A model generated the notes under the pieces. The model was not told the DNA's origin, searched no databases, and worked only from the letters and a program-made list of their open reading frames with translations. From Rhizaria sp. SCN 62-66 (lineage: Eukaryota), in contig MEDY01000210.1 in assembly GCA_001724265.1 (NCBI GenBank), positions 1 through 51,067 on the forward strand: a stretch of 51,067 bases of DNA, written 5' to 3'. Position numbers and translations under genes: made by a program. Every line of letters begins with the position of its first letter. Positions within the stretch are counted from its first letter, which is position 1. This document shows, piece by piece, positions 32,240-42,678 of this stretch.

Positions 32240-33667
32240 ATGGACTTCCGCGCCCCCACGGAAGTGGCCCCGCAAAGTGCGGCGCTGTATGCGGTCCTGT
32301 CAGACCAACAGCACCAGCAGCTCATGCTTCAGCAACAGCAGCAGCAACAGCAGCAGCAACAGATACTTGGCTTTGGCGGCAGCCAGCTTGGCGTCCCCAC
32401 GCAGCAGCAGATTTTGCAGCAACAACAGCAGCAGCTGTACTATCTCCAGCAACGGCAACAGCAACAACAGCATCAACAGCAACAACAGCTCAACACTGTC
32501 GCGATGCCCGTTGCACTCTCATCATCACCATCCTCCTCGTCATCGGCGTCGTCATCGCCCAACACCACCAACAACATCAACGGCAACAACACCGTCGTTT
32601 CCGTTACGGGCCCCGTCTTCTACGACATCCCCACTCTGGCCGCCGCCGCCGCCGCCGCCGCGCTCTCCAGCGGCGCCTCTGCCACTGCCTCCGCCTCTGC
32701 GTCCACTCTCTCCGTCTCGGCCTCGGCCTCGGCTTCCGCGGCGGCCTCGGCGGCGGCGTCCGCGGCGCACTCGACGGCGAGCAACAGCGGCAACATCAAC
32801 ACACTCGCGCTCACCGGGAGCGGCATGAACAACGCCAGCAGCAACGGCGACCCTTACGGCCCCAGTCAAGTTGGACCGAGTCCGGTGTACTACCCCCTCG
32901 GCACGCCCTCGCCCACCCAGAACCACAGCAACAACAACGGCGCGATGGCTGGGATTGCGGCGGCGAGCCAGCAGCACTTACAGCAGTTGCAGCTGCAGCA
33001 ACAGCAACAGCAGCAGCTTCAGTGGCAGCAGCAGCATCAGCAGCAACAGCAGCAGCAACAGCAGCAACAGCAGCAGCAACAGCAGCAACAGCAGCAGCTG
33101 CAGCTTCAGCAGCAGCAACAACTCCAGTACCAGCTTCAGCAGCAGCAACAGCTGCAACAAGCCGCTGCCGCTGCTGCCGCGGCCGCTGCCGCAATGCATG
33201 CCAACGCCAACGCTCTGCCTCCTCCGGACAAGTCTATCAACGGCAGCGGCAACGGCAACGGCAAGAAGGCTCGCGCGTCGAACAAGACGTCTCGCCACAG
33301 CAACAGCAACAACAGCAACGTGAGCACCAGCCGCACGCGCGCTGCCGGCGCGAACGGCAACGACGCCAAGACCGGCAGCGACGACGCCGACGCCGACGCC
33401 GACAACGCTGCCGCCGCCCACAGCCACAGCGGCGGCGCGCACCCCGGCATGGGCACGAACCCGCGCCCCGGCGCGAGCTCTGCCGCCGGCGGCGCCGAGG
33501 CGGCCGAGACGGCCGAGGAGGAGGCAGCACGCAACCGCGAAGTCGAGGGCATTCCGCTGGCGCTACTGTCGTCGGCGCGCGGCAGCCACAACAGCGGCAA
33601 CGGCAAGGGCAAGCACAACATGAGCCAACAGCAACAGCTTCAGCAGCTGCAGATCTTGCGCCAATCT

Positions 33668-33715
<48 letters not shown>

Positions 33716-36700
33716 CAGGACTTTGGTATGTTTGGTTTCAACGGCTCGAACGCATTTGGCCATAACGACTCGTTCTTCTTTTCCAACGAGGCTGCCGCTG
33801 CTGCCAACGCTGCTGTCGCCGCAAGCAACACCAATGGCAATGGTAACACTGGCGGCAGCAACAAGAGCCGCAGCCACGGCAAGAGCAACAGCAACAGCAA
33901 GAACAAGAACAACGCCGCCCTCGCGAACAACAACGGCGACATCAACAACGATCTCACCGACATGTTTGCCCCGATCAACTCCGCCCCGTCCTCGGCCGCC
34001 CTCACGGCTGCCGCCTCCGCCGCTGGCGCGGCCGGTGGGAACCAGGGGACTTCGCCGACGCAGACGATGTTCCCCAACACATACCCGTTCTCCTCGCCGT
34101 ACTTCTACTCGCAGTCGCAGTCGCCGTCACATCCGCACTCACAGACGCAGTCGCCCGCGCAGGCACACGCGCACATCGTTGGGCAGAGTCCGTACAAGAA
34201 CCCGTACTATGTGTCGCCGTCGCAGTCGTCGCAGCAACCGCACCAGAATACGAGCGCGTTCACAAACAGCAACGGCCATCACAACAACGGTGGCAGCAAG
34301 CACAACATGCAGCAGCAGCAGCAGCAGATGCTGGGTCAGAACAACGGCATTCACGACTCAGGGACGAACACTGCTGTCGGCGGCGGCGGCCACGGCGGCG
34401 GCACTCAGCCGCTGTTCATGATGCCCTCTCTGCTGGACTTGCCACATGGCCACACACAGGCGCTGGACCTCATCGACAGCGCGAACCTGGGCGACAACGG
34501 CAACACGCTCGCGGGCGAAATCGGGCCCCACGCGGATGACAACAACGCCGACGACGGGCCCGGCGCCACGGGCATGGTGGGTAGCAACGGCTACCGCCAC
34601 CTCGCCAGCAACAGCAACAGCCACAACAACTACAACGGCACTGCTGGCAACACGGCGAACAACACCAACGACAACAGCAACGGGACAAACTTCAACCACT
34701 CACGCAGCGCCTACAACGCCGCCGCGCTCGCCGCCGCCGCGGGCGCGTCGCCGGGCAAGGCGTGGCTGCTGCACCGGCGCTACTGCGCGCTGCTCACGGT
34801 CATGTCCGTGATCGCGTTCGCCATCTCGCTCTACGCCATCGCCTCCATCTCGGTCGAGGCGGCCCCGCGCACGCTCTACGGACCGCAGTTCCGCACGGGT
34901 TTTGCGGCGACGCAGATCTCGTCCGACAACGCGATCAACGCCGAGGCGCTGGCCTCCAACGCGGCGGCCGTGGCATCAACGCGGCTCATGGGCCACTCGC
35001 TCATGGTCTCCAAGGACGGCCTGCCTTTTTTCGCCACCATCTCGTACCCGACGTACAGCCTGTTCGCCGTGCGCTGCAGGGACATTTTGTGCCAGGAGTT
35101 CTGGTCGCGGCAGATCGACACCGAGCAGGGTGACACGGTTACCACGGACACAGGCTCCAAGAGCTACGTCAGCGACGGGAGCATCACCAATGAGCTCGTG
35201 CCTGCCACGGGTGGCGCGGTCACCGGTGCAGAGAGCGTTGTGGCCACTCAAAGCTTTGCTAGCGCGAGTCTGAAGGCGAGTGCCGTTGTTGCCAACGTGG
35301 TTGATACCATGCGTGCGGGTCTTATCAAGAGCAATGTCAACGTTTACACTCTTGCTGCCACTGCCGCGACAGATTCTGCTTTGGCCAAGAAGCTGCATAC
35401 AATCACGAACGCTGCTTACTCTCACATGCAGCAGCTTCAGAGCGCTGGGTTGAAGACTGCGACCAAGAAGAGTGCTTCACCCAGCTCCCAGTCGGTGTCG
35501 TCACAGTCGTCCTCGTCGTCGTCGTCACTCGCGTCTGTAACGGCGTTGACCGAGAAGGCGAGCTCGTGGCTGCGCACCCGTATCTCCGCGTCCCTCGCCT
35601 CGCTGGCCGTTTTCTCGCCGTCTGCGGCCGCGATTGACACTGAGAGCGCAGTTGATACTGGTGATTCTGCTGACGCCGATGCTGATGATGACATTGACGC
35701 GCGTGCCGGCCGCCTGCTCGCAGTCTTGCTCACTGAGCGTGCGCAGCAGCTCGCCGCAATCACTCTCAGCAACAACAACGCCGAGGGTCTCAGCGCCGAC
35801 TCTACGTCGGCGTCTAAGCTCCCACTGGCGCGCACGGTGGGCGCCCTGCCGTTCTCGACTCGCCCGCGCTCGCTGCCTCCGCCGCCGTCGCTAACCGCGG
35901 CGCTCACCTACCACGGTTTCGCGGCCGAGGGCGACAAGAGGGCTGTCTCTGTGCTCGCGAGCGTCGCATACGGTCTCAAGCAGACGCTGCGCACCAATGC
36001 GAACGCGAACGTCAACACGAACACTGCGATGGCGACTGCCTCTGTTGAGAGCGATGCCGTGACTGAGACTGAGCTGAGCAGTGAGGAGCAGGCGACGACC
36101 GTGCTCGACCTCCTGTTCTCTCTCTTGCCCGCTTCTTCTATTCTCGCCACCAGCAACACCAACGGTATGCAGGCTCAGTCCAAGAGCGGTGAGAATGCGG
36201 TGGGCATATACGACGACGTGGCGCAGTCCTACGGTGAGTCTCTGATCTCGTTCGTGCCCCCGTCTCAATCCGCGGCTGCGTCGGATCGTGCCACGCGCAC
36301 TCAGACTCTCCAGGACCTCGTGGGCGACGTCGCCTTCGCCGCTTCTGCCTCTGCATCTGCGTCTGTTGAGGCTGCGCCCAAGCGTGACTTGTTCACTTCA
36401 CTCAGCGAGAAGCTTCACTCGAACTCCCGCGCTAGCTTCAGCTCGAGCTCGAGCTCCAGCTCCGACTCGAACGCTGGTGACTTTAAGACTACCGTTTCGG
36501 TCTCGACCTCGATCCTGGTCCCCATCACCCGCGCCCTGCTGGCATCGACGGGCTACCCCATCATCGCCTACACGACGACGACCAACGACCTGTACCTCAC
36601 GCGCTGTGTCTCGATGGGCTGCGGCCGCGACACAGTCACCTCGTACTTGTCGACCCACGTCGCGATGCCTAGCATGGACATGGCCCTAGATCCCCTCGGC

Positions 36701-37963
36701 TGCCCCATCATCGGCTTCTCGACCTCACTGACCACGTCGCCGCGCCTTCTGCGCTGCGTGTCCCCCACCTGCGAGGCTCTCACCACGAGCACCTTCGTCG
36801 GCCTTCGCGTCCACCAGTCGTCGCGCGTGCGCGTCTTCACGGGACTTAACGCGCGCCCGCTGCTCATCTTCTTTGGCCAATGGCAGGGCGGCTATGCCTC
36901 CGAGTCGGCGTTTGTGTCGCCCAACGTGGCCGCCGCGCAATCGGCCACAGCGTTCGAGGACCTGCTGGAGTACGGCATCGTCGACAACGCCGGCAACGTC
37001 CGCAGCGACTTCGACCCCGTGACGACGGACCTGTCGTTCCTGTACACCAACACAACCGATGCGACGCTGCGCGCGGCACAGATCAAGGAGACGGCGTCGG
37101 TGCTCACGGCGCTGCGCGGGCCGCCCGACTGGGAGCCCGAGCCGCAGCAGATGTACAGCAGCGACGGCACCACCCTCGACCCCAACGCCTACTTTGACAC
37201 TGACCGCGAGGGCAAGACTAACAAGGATGGTTTCTCTACGTCCAGCAATACGCGTACTCGTGCTACCCGTGCTCAGAGCAAGAGCAAAGGCCCTACTCGC
37301 CGTTTCAAGACTAAGGACAACGGCAGCGACTCGAGCAACCTCGGCGCCGGCTTCGACAACCGCTCCGCTCGCCAGGTCATCCTGGTGTACTGCGAGTCGC
37401 TGAGCTGTGCCAACGGCCAGTATTCAATCGCGCTGCCCTGGTCCAACTCCGCCAACATTACCGACATCGCCGTGGTGCCCTCGCCGTCGGGGCTGCCGCT
37501 GCTCTTCGCGATGCACGAGGCCGGCACCGAGCGCGGGCAGCGCACGTCGTCGCTGTCGGTGCTGCAATGCGAGCGCAGCGACTGCCAGGCGCAGCGCACG
37601 GTCAACAACCAGACGTACGCGTGGCCGCTCGACGGCGCCAAGGCGCCCACGGCTGTGGCGACGGAGATTCTCTCCATGACGGGCAAGATCTCGGTTAAAA
37701 CACCCCCTCACACGATCACGCAGCCGTGGGTGCAGTACGAACAGGACGGGCTCGTCGTCATCTCGCGCTGCTCCGACGCCAACTGCTCGCGGCTCAACAC
37801 GCCGCCCACGTTTGACCGCACCAAGTCGTGCGACGTGGCGCCGTGCGCGGACCTTCGCGTGTCGTCGGTCGACTCGCTACCTGTGGTCGTGTACGGCACG
37901 CAGCCGCCCACGGTGATGCACTGCGCCAACTCCTTCTGCGTGCCTTTTATGAACGGCAGTTAA
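32240..37963 (+). CDS. PolyQ/Asn-rich single-pass membrane protein (1907 aa) with a C-terminal seven-repeat CxxxxC domain (putative beta-propeller)
   Basis: Long ATG-TAA ORF; Q/N/A-rich first ~840 aa; one hydrophobic helix 'ALLTVMSVIAFAISLYAIASISV' (~34787-34855); seven repeats ending in CxxxxC. Confidence 0.85.
32969..33160 (+). repeat. Interrupted CAG/CAA polyglutamine tract
   Basis: Read directly, in frame. Confidence 0.95.
33668..33718 (+). repeat. (CAG)14-CAA-(CAG)2 microsatellite encoding Q17
   Basis: Read directly, in frame. Confidence 0.95.
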
Positions 37964-38240
37964 AGTGACGATGCTCCGCTCAAGTTCAGCAAACCCACCC
38001 GCAGCGTTTTAGTATGGTTGGCTATGTGATGTAGTCGCTCGATCAGTCTGTACTTCGTGTATGGATTGAAATCATTCGACTTGCGATGAGACAGCGCTTT
38101 TCTTTTTAAATCATGTTTAGAATACTCTTTTGTTTTCATCAAGATTGATTTCGTTTGTTTTTGTATCTGCATTTGTGTTATTGTTATCTTATTCGTCTGG
38201 AAGTGCTTTTTGTTAAGAGGGAATTTGTTTCTCTTGCGAG

Positions 38241-38257
38241 TTTTTTTTTTTTTTTTT
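38241..38257 (+). repeat. T17 homopolymer in AT-rich 3' region
   Basis: Read directly. Confidence 0.9.
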
Positions 38258-39245
38258 AAAATTAAAAAAAGTGCTTATTGTATCTTGGCGTATCTAATCT
38301 TATATTATATTTAGCTTTGCTTTGGCTTTTGCTCAGGCGTTGCTATGTGTTGTGTTCCGTGTGTCTGTCAAAGCTTTTGTTGAGTGAGCGCACCTCAGTT
38401 GTATCCGTGTCGACTGTGTCCGTGGCAGTTTGTTGTGGATGCGCAACATACCGCACTGTGTTTTTTTCTTCTTTTCATTTTTATTTTTTGCCAATCTTCT
38501 TCCTTCCCTCCCCATCTCCCCCCCTCTGTGTGCGTCTTTTCAGGCTGTCGCCAGACCTTTTTTTTCTTATCTCGTTTTTCTTTGAATACTTACCTTTTTG
38601 TTATTCTCTTACTCACTCAAATCTTTTATTTTACTACGCGCACACCTCTTGCGTCTATACATGTCGAATAATACATCCTGTTCGGATTTCATCATCATTC
38701 GTGTCAAGCTTCAAGTTGCGTTGTTCGAGTTGACATGCCCATTGGCGCAGCAGCTGGGGGTGCCGATAGGCTCTAAATGCCCCGATGAGGGCAGAAAAGA
38801 AACACGGGTTCTCGCGACAATCCCATCGTTGTATCAGGAAAGAAACAGTTTGCAGGGATAGAGCGCGACGCGGAATACGTGTTTTTATTTCAAGAAAATA
38901 TTTAATGAACTGTTCTGGGCAAGAAACCGTTGTTCCGAAATGATGTCCGCCCGCATCGATCAGCCTATCCTCCGGGCAACATCGGAACATCCATTTTACC
39001 CCATTTACTCTCTTTTCTTTCGCAACTAAACAACGGCTCTGCTAGCAAGCATATTTTCTTCATGTTTTTGTGCTGCTCGTTGTTCGCGATCGGCGCTCCT
39101 CGCAGCTCATATCTGCCCCCTCCCGTGCTCAAAGACCATGGTCTAAATTATGACCACCAAGATCCGGCCCAATCCGTGCTTCGCAGCTCATCTTCCCTTC
39201 ACACATACGCATTTTTAACCGCTCAACAGACGTCCATTTAACGCT

Positions 39246-40607
39246 ATGATGCGTTCCACGATCACAACTCTTGCTCGAACTAGCGCCAAGACCACCACGG
39301 CCGTCGCCGCCGCCTCGTCGACCGCCTCCGCCGCCGCCCGCCGCTCGTACGCGTCTCCCGCGTCCTCCACGGCCGCGACGTCCTCCTCGCCTTCGGGCCT
39401 CACCGCGCCGCGCATCCTCGTTACCGGCGCGGGCGGCCAGGTCGGCATTGACCTTGTCTCTGAGCTCCGCACCCGCTACGGCGCCGCGAACATCATCGCG
39501 ACCGACATCCGCCGCCCTGAGGTCGCGTCGGCGGTGCCGGGCCCCTTCCACCACCTCGACGTGTGCTCGCGCGACGACGTCATGAAGTCGGTCGTCGACA
39601 ACAACGTTACCCAGGTCGTCCACCTCGCCTCGATGCTCTCCGCGGTCGGCGAGAAGAACCCCCAGGCTGCGATGCTGCTCAACACGCGCGGCATCGAGAA
39701 CGTGCTCGAGGCCGCCCGCGTCCACAACCTCCGCGTCTTCGCGCCGTCGACCATTGCGGTGTTTGGCGCGAGCACGCCGCGCCACCAGACCCCCGACGAG
39801 ACGATCATGCGCCCGTCGACGATGTACGGCGTCACCAAGGTCTACCTCGAGCTGCTCGGCGAGTACTACAAGAGCAAGTTCGGCGTTGACTTCCGCTCCG
39901 TCCGTTACCCGGGCATCATCAGCAACAGCGCGATGCCCGGCGGCGGCACCACCGACTACGCCGTTGACATCTACCACCAGGTACGACGACACACACCAGT
40001 AGCAAGCATCATTTACTTTAACAATATTCATTTGTTGAACACGATACGTATTTTTTTCGTTGAAATGTGTTTTACTTAGGCCCGTATCAACATATCTGAT
40101 TCAAGTCCTTTATATTCATCTTTCGAAATCCTCATGTCTTCTTATATACTCAATTGTTCCCTTGTTTAGGCGCTTCTCGCCGGGAAGTACGAATGCTTCC
40201 TGGGCGAGGAGTCCGAGATGCCGATGATGTACGCGCCCGACTCGACCAAGGCCGCCGTGGAGCTCCTCGCAGCGCCTAAGGAGCGCCTCACTCAGTGCAC
40301 CTACAACGTCACCGGCTTCTCCTTCACCCCGGCCCAGATCGCGGCCTGCATCAAGCAGCGCATTCCGTCCTTCGAGGTCTCGTATAAGCCTGACTTCCGG
40401 CAGCAGATCGCCAACTCGTGGCCCGCGTCGCTGGACGACAGCATCGCGCGCCGCGACTGGGGCTGGCAGCCCAGCTACACGGTCGAGCGCATGACCGACG
40501 ACATGCTCACGGTGCTGCGCGCCAAGTACGGCGTGTATCCCGGTGCGGAGGGCAGAAAGGCTAAGGAGGCCGCCGCGACCTCCCCTGTGTCGCCCGCCTC
40601 CCAGTAA
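39246..40607 (+). CDS. TDH: Mitochondrial L-threonine 3-dehydrogenase (extended SDR); exons 39246-39980 and 40170-40607, about 390 aa
   Basis: Arg/Ser/Thr/Ala-rich presequence; '[11 protein letters not shown]' Rossmann motif; '[11 protein letters not shown]', 'PSTIAVFG', 'MYGVTK' (YxxxK), '[13 protein letters not shown]', 'PMMY', 'RQQIANSWP'. Confidence 0.95.
39981..40169 (+). other. Spliceosomal intron, 189 nt, phase 0
   Basis: GTACGA...TTGTTTAG; AT-rich; joins '[16 protein letters not shown]', as expected for TDH. Confidence 0.92.
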
Positions 40608-41476
40608 GCGAGTTGGCGCTTCCACTAACGACTCTAAGCGAGGCAAGGAAACAAAGGACAGATTAGTGAGGCAGAGCTATGCCGTGTAAACATGTGTTAT
40701 GACTTGCTCCGCCTAGTAGTGTTTTAACTGCTCCGAGTTTGCGCAGTTGAGTAATTGTTGTGTAATTACTCCATATGTTCGTATGTGTATGAAGCTGCTT
40801 GCGTTCATGTCTCGTTTGTTTTTCTGTTTCTGTTTGTGTTTGTGTTTGTATACGTGTTTGAGTCACAACCAGAGTGCGAGGTTTAATGCAGTAGAGGATG
40901 TTGGTGTTTGGGTGTATGAAATAAGCTACACCAAAGGCAACAACACCGATTTTATTTAAGAACAATTATAACAAAAACAAACGTGATCTCCATATCGTGA
41001 TGGACGATCACGTTTCAATTTCAACCACAATACCAATGATACTGACGACGATACGCAGGAGTAACAGTAAGTACCCTTTTTGTACTGATATGACCAGAGC
41101 GATATTCAGACCAGAATTAAGACTAGCAGTGACAACATTGAGAACTTTTTTAATACATTGTGTGTGTGTTCAAGGAATCTGTCTTAGCACGCTGGGATGA
41201 TCATTAAAAAAATGACAGCTGCATGAGACAAGATACGGCTAGCAACAGTTCTGTATAGTGTAAAGTCTGCAGTGGCCACTCACACCCACATATTCATGGC
41301 ACACAGAGTAACGCAACTGATCGTGCGTGACTTAATTATACCCCCATTCAACGTAGTTCTTAATAAATAACCCCAATCACAATAAACGAAACAAGGCAGT
41401 TTAGATCGAGCCACAATCAGATCCTCTCAAGGCATAGACAGATCAGCATGCCGAACGATACAAGATAGAATTTACT

Positions 41477-42162
41477 TCACATGGTGCGGTTGCGGAAGTG
41501 GAAGCGCTCGTTGAGCGCAATGTGCCTGCGCACGTCCGAGTCCTGGAGCGAGTCGTTGTACCGCCGCGAGCGCTCCAGAATCGCCGCCTCGCCGCTAATG
41601 ACCTGGCCGTCCTTAATCATAAATGTCCCGGCCTCGCCGCGCTGCACGGCGGAGAAGATGTCCTTTAGCGAGTCGGGCACGCGGGGCCGGTTGCGGGGCG
41701 ACACCTGCATGCGGATGACCGAAAGCCGTTGCCAGACCAGCTTGACCGTGGACTCGGTGGCCTCGGGGTCGAAGTCCGTCGCCAGACGGCGAAACGAGTC
41801 GCGGGCCTCGGTCAGCAGCTCGGCGTGTTGCTGTGGGGCGACGGGTGAAGAGATACATAGAGCACAGTGACGACGAAGATGACACGTGAGAGATAGTCGG
41901 GAGGTTGATGACATGCTTGTGTTTTTGTAGGAAGGTCACAATTGTATAAGAGCATTACAGCATTGAAGCAGGAAAAATCAACGTCTACAAGTGAGAGGAC
42001 ACGTCTTGCTGGCTAGTTCCGGAGCCGCGTGTTTTGTGAGGTTGCGAGCGAGGCTTTGTTCTGGAGCATGCACTGTAGACGGACCTCTTTAGGGGCAGCG
42101 CGGATGTTCCGAAGGATGAAGCGGTAGACGCGCGGGAATACAGCGGTGCCAGGGTTGCTCAT
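41477..42162 (-). CDS. Small LYR-motif (Complex1_LYR-like) protein; exons 42162-42085 and 41830-41477, 143 aa
   Basis: Spliced product MSNPGTAVFPRVYRFILRNIRAAPKE|QHAELLTEARDSFRR...: VYR variant of LYR plus a downstream 'RxxFR' motif. Ends TGA. Confidence 0.75.
41831..42084 (-). other. Spliceosomal intron, 254 nt, phase 0
   Basis: GTCCGT...CCCCACAG on the minus strand; removal fuses two frames into a LYR-like protein. Confidence 0.8.
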
Positions 42163-42678
42163 GGTACTGGGGCACGGCTGTGTCGCAAGTAAAACGTGCT
42201 TGAGTTCTATAGAGGGTGTGGTGACAAGCGAGTGCGGTGGGCTTGGCTGGAGTGAGATAGAGGGATACAGAAAAGTGCATATAAAGAGCAAGACGTGAGT
42301 GTATAGATATACAATTAAAGAAATGTTTCCAAAGAACTGCGAATGGTATCGGTTGAAAACAATAATGCCACAGACGGTCGGTATGGCGCAACGTGGTGTT
42401 TTCTTAACTGTCTCATCGACTCGCATCGTGTCATGACCCATCTACTAAACTAGTGCATGGTCACATATGTGTAGCTTCTTAGTCGAGACACCATTGAACT
42501 TTCTCTCCATGCCTCTTAGTTAAATTTCGGAATCTTTAAAATTATCTCTTGTTGATCTTGTTGTAGCGCACAATCCCCTTCGTAATCGCCTGACACCCTC
42601 GTAGGCGCACTCGCATCATCCATAAACCTGAACTCTAACGCGCCTGATCTGCTCCCAACAACTGTGCCTCGCGAAGCG

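Noticed and set aside
32059-33765. 568-aa overlapping alternative-frame ORF
   Set aside because: Frame-shifted reading of CAG/GCC repeats with a TTG start; stop-poor because of composition.
38278-38990. Short ORFs in the spacer upstream of TDH
   Set aside because: T-rich or lacking the codon bias of real genes; non-ATG starts; likely UTR or promoter DNA.
3415-41482. Three genes end in ATG-TGA (3415-3420, 30960-30965, 41477-41482 on minus)
   Set aside because: Two are paralogues and the sample is tiny; no mechanism can be supported.
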